Below are positions 1 through 9,514 of a stretch of DNA of 48,419 nucleotides, piece by piece. Where the stretch lies: contig JADMKN010000242.1 in assembly GCA_015478825.1 (NCBI GenBank), forward strand, positions 1-48,419. The letters run 5' to 3'. This DNA comes from Patulibacter sp. GTDB taxonomy: Bacteria; Actinomycetota; Thermoleophilia; Solirubrobacterales; Solirubrobacteraceae. Position 1 is the first letter of the stretch. Every line of letters starts with the position of its first letter. Below the pieces are notes generated by a model that saw only the letters and a program-made list of their open reading frames with translations, ran no database searches and had not been told where the DNA came from. The position numbers and the translations under genes are program-made.

Positions 1-1439
1 AGCGGATCCGGATGCACCTTGTCGTCGCCGAGCAACGGGAAGACGTTGACGCCGGTCATCTCGCGCTCGCGGCGGGCGAGCCCGGTGACGCGGCGCTCGG
101 CCTGCGCAGCCAGGTCCGCCGCCCAGCGACCGTCGCGCAGAGCGGCGACGGCGCCGCCGTCGGCCTCGATCGCCTGGATCTGCTCCCACGCCGTGCGCGC
201 GAGCGCGTCGGACAGCGACTCGACGTACCACGACCCGCCGGCCGGATCGGCGACCCGCCGCAGTCCCGACTCCTCCTGGAGGATCAGCTGGGTGTTGCGG
301 GCGATGCGCCGGCCCAGGCCACTCGACGCGGCCCCGTCCACCGACGCGACGACCTGCGCGTCGAACGGCGTGACGGTCAGGCCGTCGGCGCCCCCGACCG
401 CGGCGGCGAAGCCGGCCGTCGTCGCGCGCAGCATGTTCGACCACGGGTCGATCGCGGCGAGCATCCTGTCGCTGGTGCGGGCGATCAGTGGCGAGTGGCG
501 GTCCGCCTCGGGAACGCCGCTCAGCTCGAGCACCCGCGCCCACAGCCGGCGGAACGCCCGCAGCTTGGCGATCTCCTGGAACTGGTCGGGGCCGACGGTG
601 AGCGTGAACTCGATCCGCGACGCGGCGTCCTGCGGGGCCAGTCCGGCGGCGTCGGCGGCGCGCAGGTAGGCCGCGCCGGTGGTGATCGCGATCGCCAGCT
701 CGCGCGCGGCGGTCGCCCCGGCGTTGACGTAGGCGCGCGTGTCGACGGCGAGCGCCCGGACCTGGGGGTGGCTGGTCGCGACCTCGGCGGCGATCCGGCC
801 GGCGGTCGCGACGGCGTCGTCGGGCGCGCCACCGACCGCGCCGCTCTCGGCGAGCGTGCCGAGCGGGTCGATCCGCAGCGATCCGCGGGCGTCGGCGTCG
901 TCGATCCCCCGGCGGCGCAGCAGCGCCAACTGCAGCGCGGCGGCGGGGACGGCTTGGGCGCCGGCGGCGACCGCGAGCGGGGCCAGGTCGAGGCGCACGC
1001 CGTCGAGCGTCGCGTCGAGGTCGTCGACGGTCGAGATCATCACGCCGTCGCGTCCGCGGGTGGCGGCGAACGCGTCGGACGAGGGGGCGTGGCCCTCGCG
1101 GGCGGCCCGGTCGAGTCGCAGCTCGATCTGGGTCACGCCGCCCTCGAGGTCCTCGAGGATCGCGTCGCGCGCGGCGCCGCGTTCCGGGTGGCGCTGCTCC
1201 TGGCGAATCTCCCACGGCACGTCGGCGGTGCCGCTGCCGGTGCCCCGCACGAACGGGGCCCGGCCCGGGACGCCGGCCGGGTCGGCGGCCAGGGCGTCGG
1301 CGGCGGTGTACAGCCAGTTGACGCGGATCCCGTCGTCGGTCACCGACGCGGCGTCGCCCTCGGGCTTCCCCTTGAGCGCTGCGGCGAGCCACTCGTCGTG
1401 GGTGACGGGCGCGAAGTTCGTGGCCAGCGGTTCAGGCAT
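1..1439 (-). CDS. mutA: Methylmalonyl-CoA mutase small (beta) subunit, runs off the left edge
   Basis: Not in the ORF track; translated by hand from ATG 1439 (GGAG upstream): MPEPLATNFAPVTHDEWLAAALKGK...DDGIRVNWLYT...PGRAPFVRG...WEIRQ...ILEDLEGGV; later IAKLRAFRRLW, DPAGGSWYVESL and TGVNVFP, all typical MutA motifs. Confidence 0.88.
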   Translation of the reverse strand, partial: MPEPLATNFAPVTHDEWLAAALKGKPEGDAASVTDDGIRVNWLYTAADALAADPAGVPGRAPFVRGTGSGTADVPWEIRQEQRHPERGAARDAILEDLEGGVTQIELRLDRAAREGHAPSSDAFAATRGRDGVMISTVDDLDATLDGVRLDLAPLAVAAGAQAVPAAALQLALLRRRGIDDADARGSLRIDPLGTLAESGAVGGAPDDAVATAGRIAAEVATSHPQVRALAVDTRAYVNAGATAARELAIAITTGAAYLRAADAAGLAPQDAASRIEFTLTVGPDQFQEIAKLRAFRRLWARVLELSGVPEADRHSPLIARTSDRMLAAIDPWSNMLRATTAGFAAAVGGADGLTVTPFDAQVVASVDGAASSGLGRRIARNTQLILQEESGLRRVADPAGGSWYVESLSDALARTAWEQIQAIEADGGAVAALRDGRWAADLAAQAERRVTGLARREREMTGVNVFPLLGDDKVHPDP

Positions 1440-1633
1440 CTCGGTGCTCCATTGAGGGACACGGTCGGGCGGCAGACCGAGGGTCGTCGCGTCGCAACGG
1501 GTCGCGGTCCGGGCGGCACCCCGCCGCAGGCGCCGGATCATAGCTCGACGCTCGCGAGCCCGAAGCATTAGGTGGACGTCAGCCTATTGCATTCGACAAG
1601 TATGACCCGGCTGGGCCGCGACGAAATTCGGGC

Positions 1634-1661
1634 TAAAGGTTTGACGCTTCCGTGCCGATTG
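1634..1661 (+). promoter_or_regulatory. Sigma28 (FliA/SigD/WhiG)-type promoter
   Basis: TAAA(GGTTT)-N16-GCCGATTG matches the TAAA-N15/16-GCCGATAA consensus, about 85 nt upstream of ATG 1747. Confidence 0.6.
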
Positions 1662-1746
1662 ACACCTGGGTTGCCTGCGTAACGCGCGTCACACGACGCG
1701 CCAGGCGATCCCCAACGTCCAACCGAGCAGGAGCGAGATCCCCCTC

Positions 1747-3501
1747 ATGCCAGCCAGTCCCTTGAAGTCCGCCGCCCGCGGGCTCGTCCTCGCCACGGCG
1801 ATCGGCGCAGGCGCCGCCGTCGCCGCGCCGACCAGCGCGTCCGCGGCCGGAACCAACGCGTGCGACGCCAGTGCGCTACAGCTGTCGCTGCTCGGTGGCG
1901 CGCCGCTCGACCCGATCCACGCCAACCCCGCCTACACGCCGTGCGTCAACGCGGACGGCACGCTGGTCAGCATCCCGTCGCTGCTGAGCCTGGCGAGCGT
2001 CGACGCGGTCGCCGCCCGCACGCGCACCGCGCCCAACTCGAACGCGGTATCGGAGGCGACGGTCGCGGGCGTGCGGGTCGGCACCACCGGCATCACCCAG
2101 CAGCTCACGGACGCGCTGCTCACCGGCGACGCCAGCATCGTCGGCCAGCTCACCGGCGTGCTGCAGCCGATCCTCGGGCCGACCGGCCTGGATGCGTTGG
2201 TCAACGGCCTGGTCGGCACGGTCGGCACCAACCTGGCCAGCTCGCTGCCGGACATCCTCAACGCCGACGTGATCTCGGCCACGGCGAACGCGCAGTGCGT
2301 GAACGGCGTCGGCCAGCTCAGCGGTCGGTCGCAGATCGCCGGACTGCGGGTGCTGGGCACGGGCGTCGACGCCAACTCGGCCGCGAACCAGCTCCTGACG
2401 ATCGATACGGCCAACCTGCGGCTCGGCGACGTCCTGGACATCGATGACCTGCTGAGGGGCATTCGCGTTGACAGCGTGGGGGCTCTCGCGCCGATCTTCG
2501 TCCTGCTCGCCGGGAACAACGTCAACACCCTGTACGACCTCTTGCACGCTGACAGCGGGCTTCTTGCGAACCCGCTCGTGAGCCTCTTGGTCTCGACGGT
2601 CGTCGACCCGCTGGTCGCGACCCTCGACGTTGCCCTCGATAGTGCCCCTCCCCTGAACATCCCGCCGACCCTCCTGAACGCGCGGGTCGTCCCGAACAAC
2701 CAGATCAACAACGGCGACCAGCTCACGCAGCAGGCGCTGACCCTGTCGGTCTCGGTGCTCAACCAGCCGATCCTGGCCGGCACGCTCGCCCAGGCGCGCG
2801 TCGGCGCCGGGGCCCCGGGCTGCGTCCCGCCGGTGACGCCGCCCCCGCCGCCCGCCCCGCCGAAGCAGCCCGATACGGGCATCCAGAACCCCGATCGGTT
2901 CTCCTCTCCCGAGGCCGAGGTCTTCCTGCAGTGCTCCCGCCGCCCGGTCGACCTGATCGACGTCTACGGCACCGGCGGCCGGACCTTTATCCAGGGTGTC
3001 GCCGAGCGCAAGTACGTCGGCAAGGAGGCCACGATCTACCTGCGCGAGGGCAAGAAGAAGGTCGGCACCGTGAAGGTCGGCGAGGACGGCCTGTTCACCA
3101 CCCGCGTGGCCCTGCCGCCGTCCAAGATCCGCAAGACCAACAAGGCCCGCTACTACGCGGTGGTCGAGGGCAAGCGGACCCGCGCGCTCAAGTTCGCGCG
3201 CCGGATGGCGACCCGTGGCCTGACGGCGACCGAGAAGACGGTCACCTTCCGCGGTCGCGTGATCGGGCCGCTGCAGAAGCGCCAGAAGTCGATCACGATC
3301 AAGCAGCGGGTCGGCTGCAAGTCGTACAAGACGGTCGCCACGGTCAAGCCGGACGCGAAGGGCCGCTTCACGGCCAAGGTCGACGCGCCGCAGGGCGAGA
3401 GCGCCGTGATCTACCGGGCGCAGACGCGCGTCGGCAAGCGGAAGAACGCCAGTCGCCTGTCGCCGACGTTCACGCTGCCGCGGGTCGTCGGCCTGCGGTA
3501 G
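1747..3501 (+). CDS. Secreted protein: choice-of-anchor-P-like domain with Leu-rich inserts, Pro linker, Lys/Arg-rich C-terminal region
   Basis: AGGAG upstream; signal peptide ending ASA-A; motifs ADVISATANAQC..LSGRSQIAGLRVLG and NQ..GDQLTQQAL; PPVTPPPPPAPP linker; basic C-terminus; strong GC3 bias. Confidence 0.8.
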   Translation: MPASPLKSAARGLVLATAIGAGAAVAAPTSASAAGTNACDASALQLSLLGGAPLDPIHANPAYTPCVNADGTLVSIPSLLSLASVDAVAARTRTAPNSNAVSEATVAGVRVGTTGITQQLTDALLTGDASIVGQLTGVLQPILGPTGLDALVNGLVGTVGTNLASSLPDILNADVISATANAQCVNGVGQLSGRSQIAGLRVLGTGVDANSAANQLLTIDTANLRLGDVLDIDDLLRGIRVDSVGALAPIFVLLAGNNVNTLYDLLHADSGLLANPLVSLLVSTVVDPLVATLDVALDSAPPLNIPPTLLNARVVPNNQINNGDQLTQQALTLSVSVLNQPILAGTLAQARVGAGAPGCVPPVTPPPPPAPPKQPDTGIQNPDRFSSPEAEVFLQCSRRPVDLIDVYGTGGRTFIQGVAERKYVGKEATIYLREGKKKVGTVKVGEDGLFTTRVALPPSKIRKTNKARYYAVVEGKRTRALKFARRMATRGLTATEKTVTFRGRVIGPLQKRQKSITIKQRVGCKSYKTVATVKPDAKGRFTAKVDAPQGESAVIYRAQTRVGKRKNASRLSPTFTLPRVVGLR

Positions 3502-3507
3502 CCGCTG

Positions 3508-3585
3508 GGCGGGTGCGCCGCGACCGAAGCGTCGCCCGCACCCGCCTTACGGAGCGACCCCGAACCTCAGAGCGTTCGGGGTCGC
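3508..3585 (+). terminator. Tandem GC-rich hairpins after the 1747 gene
   Basis: GGCGGGTGCG/CGCACCCGCC (3508-3546) and a perfect 12-bp stem GCGACCCCGAAC/GTTCGGGGTCGC (3554-3585) just after the stop. No strong U-tract. Confidence 0.55.
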
Positions 3586-3919
3586 GCGCGTGGGGCGCAC
3601 TCCCTCCCGCCCGTGCCGAGGCGGCACGCTGGCCCCCTGGTCTCCCTCGCGACGGCGTCCGTCTGATCGCCCGTTCTCGGGGTGAATCCGGGCCGTCTCC
3701 GAGCAGCGCGCCCGACCCGCGGCCCTGCCGCCGCGCGCGCGGACGCCCGACCGCGCCCTGCGGAGCGTCTTCGTTCCTCAGATCGTCACTGGCGATATCG
3801 CGTGTGTTCATCGTTCGCAGTACGGCTCGTCGGACGGCGTCCGGACCGGTGGTGCCGCGACCGGTCGTACTGTCGCGTGCTGAAGCGAATCTGGCTTAGC
3901 CACTGCGGTTACTCGCAAG

Positions 3920-3956
3920 TTGACATCCGTGCCCCGGACGCTCTACGGTGCCCCGG
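3920..3956 (+). promoter_or_regulatory. SigA-type promoter with overlapping 9-bp direct repeat
   Basis: TTGACA(3920)-N18-TACGGT(3944); GTGCCCCGG at 3929 and 3948. Confidence 0.55.
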
Positions 3957-4031
3957 TACGGTTCGGAAACAGGCTGGCGTCTCGTTCGTGTGTGGAGTTC
4001 GTCGTGGCCGTTGGTACCCATAGGAGAGAAC

Positions 4032-6404
4032 GTGGAGACATCACCAGGAGCGCGCCGCGAGACCGCGGCGCGACGCAGCGAGCGACGAGCGGCACGCCCA
4101 GCGGGCGGCGTGATCGGAGGCCTCGTGGGCATCGCCCTGATCGCCCTCGCCGCGCCGGCCGGCGCGGCGGCGGACGGGTGCCCCGGTCAGCCGGTCCGGC
4201 CGACGGTCGCAGGCACGTATCCGGCCGGATGCTACGTCTACGAGAAGGTCTCGCCCGCCGACAAGGGCAACGGCGAGGTCGCGGGCGGCGGCGTCCTGAT
4301 CACCGGGTTCCGCACGTCCGTCTCGGGCGATCACGTGATCTACCCGGCTGACTCGGTCTTCCTCGGCGCCACGACCTTCCCGCAGGTCAACGCCTACTAC
4401 GCATGGCGGTCGGCCGACGGGTGGAAGAACTCGGCGCTCGGCGCTCAGCTACCGGTCGAGCTGCCCGCCGATCGCGCCGCGCCGATCGAAGAGTGGCCCG
4501 ACGGCGAGCTGCCGCCCGGGCTCTCGGACAACGGCCGCTGGACCGTGCTCGGGTCCAACCTGGTCCCCGGCACCCGCCAGAAGGTCCTGAACCGCGGCTA
4601 CGCGGTCAACCTGCAGGACCAGACCGTCACCCGGATCACCCCGCCGACGCTGAACGGCGACCACCCGGTCGCGCTCGAGAGCGGCTACTCGGCGCCGCCG
4701 GTCGTCGTGGGCGACAACGAGCGCACGATCCTGCCGACCGGCGCCCGCCTGACGCCGGACTCGCTCGACCTGGTCGGTGAGTTCGACACGCGGATCTACA
4801 ACGTCGAGAACGGCACGACGACGCTGGTCAGTCGCCTGCCCGACGGTCAGCCGTCCAACGGCATGCTGGCGGACCAGGTGGTCGGCGGCCCCCGCGCGCT
4901 GCGCCGCTGGTCGGTCGCGTCCGACGGCAAGACCCTCTGGTGGACGATCCAGCTCGGCGGCCCCGCACCGATCTACCGCGGTCACGTCGACGCGCCGTCG
5001 TCCGATCTGGTCACCCGGTCGGAGAACCCGGCCGACGCCGCGGTCGGCACCGGCATCGCGGTCGGCGGCAGCGTCGACGGCCGTCGCGCGGCGTTCGTCA
5101 GCAACCAGCCGCTGACGGCGGGCCTGGGCACCGAGTCGGCCGGTCGGCTGTTCCTCTACACGCACAGCGACGACCCCGCGGTCGACCGGAACCTGACGCT
5201 GATCTCGGCCGACGGCAACCCGGCCGACACCACGCCGCTCTCGGTGATCCCGCAGACCGCGCAGCTCAGCGAGGATGGGCGCACGGCCTACTTCTGGACG
5301 ACCGGCAAGCAGCTCGTGCCCGGCGGACCGGTCGGTCCGGGCCAGAAGCTCTACCGCTGGCACGACGGGCAGCTCGACTACCTGGCGACCGGCACGGTGG
5401 CGCTCGACGACTTCGGCGTGCCGGTCGGTCTCTCGCTGACCGCCACCGGGCGCCACTACGCGTTCGACACCGACGCCGACCTGACCGGCGAGCCGACCGG
5501 CGGCCTGGTCCAGCGGTACGTCTACGACGCGCAGAGCGACCAGATCAGTTGCGTCTCGTGCGGCAACGCGGCGTCCGCCGCGATCGGCGGGATCGCCCCG
5601 CTGACCGAGATGAACCTGATGCAGCAGGGGCCGAACCAGCGGCGCTACCTGTCGACCGCGGGCCACGTGTTCTTCGTGACCTCGACCGCGTTGGTGCCCC
5701 AGGACACCAACGGCCTGGTCGACGTCTACGCCTGGCAGGACGGCAAGGTGCAGCTGATCTCGAGCGGCCGTTCGAGCTCCGACGTGCGGTTCGCCGACGC
5801 GAGCGCCGACGGCAGCACGGTCTTCTTCTCGACCCGCGACCGCCTGAGCGCGTGGGACGTCGACAGCCGTGCGGACCTCTACGTCGCGCGTCGCGACGGC
5901 GGGATCCCCGAGCCGAACGAGCGTCCCGTCGAGGGCTGCGTCGGCGACGCCTGCCAGGGCGACGTCCCGGCCCCGCCGACCCTGCCGTTGCTGGGCACGG
6001 CGATCGGCGCCGGCGCCGGCGACGTCCCGCTCGTCCCGTGGAAGCGCACCGCCAAGCGGGTGAGCGTGGCCCGGACGAAGACCGTCCGGGGGACCGCGAC
6101 GACGTTGCGGGTGAAGGTCCCGGGCAAGGGATCCCTGCGGGTCTCGGGCAACGGCGTGGTCGCGGCGCGCAAGTCCGCCAAGAAGGCCTCGACGGTGCGC
6201 GTGCGCGTACGCCTGTCGAGGGCGTCGAAGAAGCGGCTGGCGCGCACCGGTCGTCGCGTGGTGCGCGTCAGCGTGCGCTACCGGCCGACGGACGGAGCGA
6301 CCCAGACGCTGCGGCGCAGCATCACGTTCCGGACGAAGAAGAAGGCGAAGGGCACGTCGCGGACGTCGTCCTCGCGTACCGCGGGTACGAAGGGTGGTCG
6401 CTGA
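4032..6404 (+). CDS. Secreted TolB/WD40-like beta-propeller protein with basic C-terminal domain
   Basis: AGGAGAG RBS then GTG 4032; signal peptide; propeller-type motifs (SEDGRTAYF, ASADGSTVFFST, DTNGLVDVY); CVGDACQG hinge; K/R-rich tail. Confidence 0.8.
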   Translation: METSPGARRETAARRSERRAARPAGGVIGGLVGIALIALAAPAGAAADGCPGQPVRPTVAGTYPAGCYVYEKVSPADKGNGEVAGGGVLITGFRTSVSGDHVIYPADSVFLGATTFPQVNAYYAWRSADGWKNSALGAQLPVELPADRAAPIEEWPDGELPPGLSDNGRWTVLGSNLVPGTRQKVLNRGYAVNLQDQTVTRITPPTLNGDHPVALESGYSAPPVVVGDNERTILPTGARLTPDSLDLVGEFDTRIYNVENGTTTLVSRLPDGQPSNGMLADQVVGGPRALRRWSVASDGKTLWWTIQLGGPAPIYRGHVDAPSSDLVTRSENPADAAVGTGIAVGGSVDGRRAAFVSNQPLTAGLGTESAGRLFLYTHSDDPAVDRNLTLISADGNPADTTPLSVIPQTAQLSEDGRTAYFWTTGKQLVPGGPVGPGQKLYRWHDGQLDYLATGTVALDDFGVPVGLSLTATGRHYAFDTDADLTGEPTGGLVQRYVYDAQSDQISCVSCGNAASAAIGGIAPLTEMNLMQQGPNQRRYLSTAGHVFFVTSTALVPQDTNGLVDVYAWQDGKVQLISSGRSSSDVRFADASADGSTVFFSTRDRLSAWDVDSRADLYVARRDGGIPEPNERPVEGCVGDACQGDVPAPPTLPLLGTAIGAGAGDVPLVPWKRTAKRVSVARTKTVRGTATTLRVKVPGKGSLRVSGNGVVAARKSAKKASTVRVRVRLSRASKKRLARTGRRVVRVSVRYRPTDGATQTLRRSITFRTKKKAKGTSRTSSSRTAGTKGGR

Positions 6405-6405
6405 G

Positions 6406-9400
6406 ATGTCGTGGTCGATGCAGCAGGCAGGACGGATCGGTCACGGGCGACGGGCGCTGCGCGCGGCCGTCGCCGTCGCCGCGCTCGCCCTCGGAGCCGT
6501 TGCGGCTCCGACCGCGAGCGCGGCCTTCGGGATCGACGGGATGAGCGCCCCGATGGTCGACCAGGGCGGCGACCAGGTGACCCAGGCGGGCGCGCACCCG
6601 TTCGCGGTCGAGAACGAGATCGTGGTGACGAAGGTCGACCCGATGACGATCTCGGGGGCCCTCAAGAACGTCGAGGTCGACCTGCCGGTCGGCTTCGTCG
6701 GCGACCCGAGCGACTTCCCGACCTGCACGATCCAGCAGCTCGCGAAGTCCGACTGCCCGGTCGCCTCGCAGGTCGGCACGTTCGACGTGACGTTCGCGTT
6801 CGGCTACACGGTCGGCCAGGGCCTCTACAACATGGAGGTCCCGCACGGACAGCCGGCGCGGTTCGGCAGCCCGGTCCTGATGGGCACGTCGCTGGTCTAC
6901 TTCGACGCGCGCGTCCGGCCCGAGGACGACGGGATCAGCGTGGTCTCGAACAACATCTCGCAGGAGCTGCCGATCGCCGCGACCAAGATGCGGATGTGGG
7001 GCATCCCGGCGGACCCGGCCCACGACGCGGAGCGGGGCTCGGCGATGGTCCCGGCGCCCCAGCCCGCCGGCATGGCGCCGCGGCCGATGCTGACCACCGC
7101 GACCCGCTGCGGCGTCGCTCCGGTCACGCGGATGCGGGCGTCGTCGTGGAACGCGCCGTCGGTCTACGAGGCGGCCGAGTTCACCGGTGAGCCGCTGACC
7201 GGCTGCGACGTGCTCGAGTTCCGGCCGCAGGTCAAGGCCCAGCCCGAGCACACGATCGCCGGCGTTCCGGCGGGCTACACCGTCGAGCTGACCCAGGAGC
7301 TGAACGACTCCCCGACGGCGCTGGCCTCGGCGCACCTCAAGGACGCGTCGGTGACGCTGCCCGAGGGCGTGACGGTCAACCCGGGAGCCGGATCCGGCCT
7401 CGGCGCGTGCAGCGAGCAGCAGTTCGGGCTGGGCCGGGACGGGGCGGCGCGCTGCCCCGCGAGCGCGAAGATCGGCGAGGTCGAGATCGAGACCCCGCTG
7501 CTGAACGAGCCGCTGGTCGGCGCGGTCTACCAGGCGGCGCAGTACGCCAACCCGTTCGGGTCGTCGCTGGCGATCTACCTGGAGCCGACGTCCGAGCGCT
7601 ACGGCGTGACGATGAAGCTGGCCGGCGAGATCGCCACCGACCCGGTGACCGGGCGGGTGACGACGACGTTCCGGGACAACCCCGAGCAGCCGTTCTCCAA
7701 GCTGACGCTGACGCTCAAGGGCGGGAGCCGCGCGGTGCTGTCCAACCCCGCGACCTGCGGGACGAAGACCACCGCGTGGACGATCGGCTCGTGGGCGCAG
7801 CCCGACGCGCCGGTCCGCGGCAGCGACTCGTTCACGATCGACCGCGCTCCGGCCGGCGGATCGTGCGCGGGCGACCTGTTCGCGCCGACGTTCGGCGCCG
7901 GAGCCGTCGATCCGCGCGCCGGGGCGTCGTCGCCGGTCGCGATGACGTTCGCGCGGGGCGACGGCCAGCAGAACCTGGCGTCGATCACCGCCGAGCTGCC
8001 CGAGGGCCTGCTCGCGCACGTCGGATCGGTGCCGCTCTGTCCGGCGGCCCATGCGGACGCGGGAGCCTGCGGCGCCGCGTCGCGGATCGGCAACGTGGTC
8101 GCCGCGGTCGGCGGGGGCAACGCGCCGCTCGCCGTCCCGCAGCCCGGCAAGGCCGCGACCGGGGCGTTCCTCTCCGGTCCGTACGCCGGGGCGCCGTACT
8201 CGCTCAGCCTGGTGATCCCCGCCCAGGCGGGGCCGCTGAACCTCGGCAGCGTGGTCTCGCGGGTGGCGCTGTTCGTCGACCCGCGGGACGCGCACGTCGC
8301 CGCGAAGCTCGTCGAGTCGCGGGTCTTCGACCCGGCGGGACGACCGGTGCGGACCGTCGCGGGCCTCCCACAGATCATCGACGGGATCCCCCTGACCTAC
8401 CGCTCGATCACCGTCACCATGGACCGGCCCGGCTTCATGCGCAACCCGACGTCGTGCGCGCCGAAGGCGCTGAAGGCGACGATCGGGTCGGCCGCCGGAG
8501 CGGTGGTCGGTCGTGAGTCGCGGTTCCAGGTCTCCGAGTGCGGCCGGTTGCCGCTGGCGCCGAAGCTGGACCTGCGGTTCGTCGGGTCCAAGCAGGTCGC
8601 GAAGGGCAAGCATCCCGGACTCGAGGTGACGATGACGCAGCGGTCGGGCGAGTCGGGTCTGAAGTCGGTCGAGGTCGCGCTGCCGCTGTCGGTCGCGCTC
8701 GATCCGCAGAACGCCAAGGCGCTCTGCTCGCCGGCCGACGCGGCGCGTCGGGCCTGCCCGAAGGCGTCGATCGTCGGCCACGCCGAGGCGCGGACACCGA
8801 TCCTCAGCGAGCCGCTGAAGGGCGACGTCTTCTTCGTCGAGGGGGTCCGTCGCTCCGCTACGGGGCGCGAGATCAAGACCCTGCCGAAGCTGCTGATCAC
8901 CCTGCGGGGCGCGGTGGCGCTCGACCTCGAGGCCGACTCCACGGTGCGTGACCGCAAGCTGGTCTCGACGTTCGGGTTCATCCCCGACGCGCCGCTCGAG
9001 TCGTTCCGCTTGACGATCGACGGGGGGAGGAACGGCATCCTCGAGTCGACCGGCACCGACGGCCGCACGCTCTGCCACAGCACGCAGAAGGTCGAGACGC
9101 GGATCCAGGGGCAGACCGGCAAGCGGATCGAGCCGGACTTCCGGATCGCCACGCCGTGCGCGATGCGGGTGCTGACGCGCTCGCTTTCGACGTCGCACCT
9201 GACGGTGCGGACGGGTGGCCTGCAGCGCGGCCGCCTGACGGTGACCGGGTCGCACGTTCGCCGGACGTCGCGGTCGATCAAGGCGGCGCAGGTCGCGACG
9301 ATCAAGCCGCGGCTGACCGCGGCGGGCCGGCGCGCGGCGCGGGCCGGCCGTCAGGTCCAGGCGCGGGTCACGTTCAACCCGTCCGCGAAGGGCAAGAAGA

Positions 9401-9441
9401 CCGTCAAGCGCACGGTCAAGGCGCGGATGGCGCGGAGGTAG
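6406..9441 (+). CDS. Large secreted protein with four tandem ~220-aa Cys-containing repeats and basic C-terminal domain
   Basis: ATG 1 nt after the previous stop; signal peptide (ASA-AF); repeated L..V.V.LP.G...C...CP.AS.IG motif at about 6661, 7336, 7975 and 8659. Confidence 0.85.
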   Translation: MSWSMQQAGRIGHGRRALRAAVAVAALALGAVAAPTASAAFGIDGMSAPMVDQGGDQVTQAGAHPFAVENEIVVTKVDPMTISGALKNVEVDLPVGFVGDPSDFPTCTIQQLAKSDCPVASQVGTFDVTFAFGYTVGQGLYNMEVPHGQPARFGSPVLMGTSLVYFDARVRPEDDGISVVSNNISQELPIAATKMRMWGIPADPAHDAERGSAMVPAPQPAGMAPRPMLTTATRCGVAPVTRMRASSWNAPSVYEAAEFTGEPLTGCDVLEFRPQVKAQPEHTIAGVPAGYTVELTQELNDSPTALASAHLKDASVTLPEGVTVNPGAGSGLGACSEQQFGLGRDGAARCPASAKIGEVEIETPLLNEPLVGAVYQAAQYANPFGSSLAIYLEPTSERYGVTMKLAGEIATDPVTGRVTTTFRDNPEQPFSKLTLTLKGGSRAVLSNPATCGTKTTAWTIGSWAQPDAPVRGSDSFTIDRAPAGGSCAGDLFAPTFGAGAVDPRAGASSPVAMTFARGDGQQNLASITAELPEGLLAHVGSVPLCPAAHADAGACGAASRIGNVVAAVGGGNAPLAVPQPGKAATGAFLSGPYAGAPYSLSLVIPAQAGPLNLGSVVSRVALFVDPRDAHVAAKLVESRVFDPAGRPVRTVAGLPQIIDGIPLTYRSITVTMDRPGFMRNPTSCAPKALKATIGSAAGAVVGRESRFQVSECGRLPLAPKLDLRFVGSKQVAKGKHPGLEVTMTQRSGESGLKSVEVALPLSVALDPQNAKALCSPADAARRACPKASIVGHAEARTPILSEPLKGDVFFVEGVRRSATGREIKTLPKLLITLRGAVALDLEADSTVRDRKLVSTFGFIPDAPLESFRLTIDGGRNGILESTGTDGRTLCHSTQKVETRIQGQTGKRIEPDFRIATPCAMRVLTRSLSTSHLTVRTGGLQRGRLTVTGSHVRRTSRSIKAAQVATIKPRLTAAGRRAARAGRQVQARVTFNPSAKGKKTVKRTVKARMARR

Positions 9442-9514
9442 GCCGATCGCGGGCGGGAGGCCTCTGGCGCCGGCCAGGGGACCCCGCCCGCCCGGGCGGA
9501 CGGCGACGTTCGCG

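Noticed and set aside
12-1571. 519-aa plus-strand ORF
   Set aside because: Antisense shadow of mutA, with Arg/Gly-rich composition and no motifs.
3590-3900. Possible sRNA or small ORF in the long intergenic region
   Set aside because: No recognisable RNA motif or coding bias; an Rfam or conservation search would be needed.
6322-9255. Very long opposite-strand or off-frame ORFs (also 18303-21455, 21990-25067, 26921-29503, 36215-38548, 46057-48384)
   Set aside because: Stop-codon scarcity at high GC explains them; each overlaps a motif-supported gene and has R/P/G-rich non-protein-like composition.
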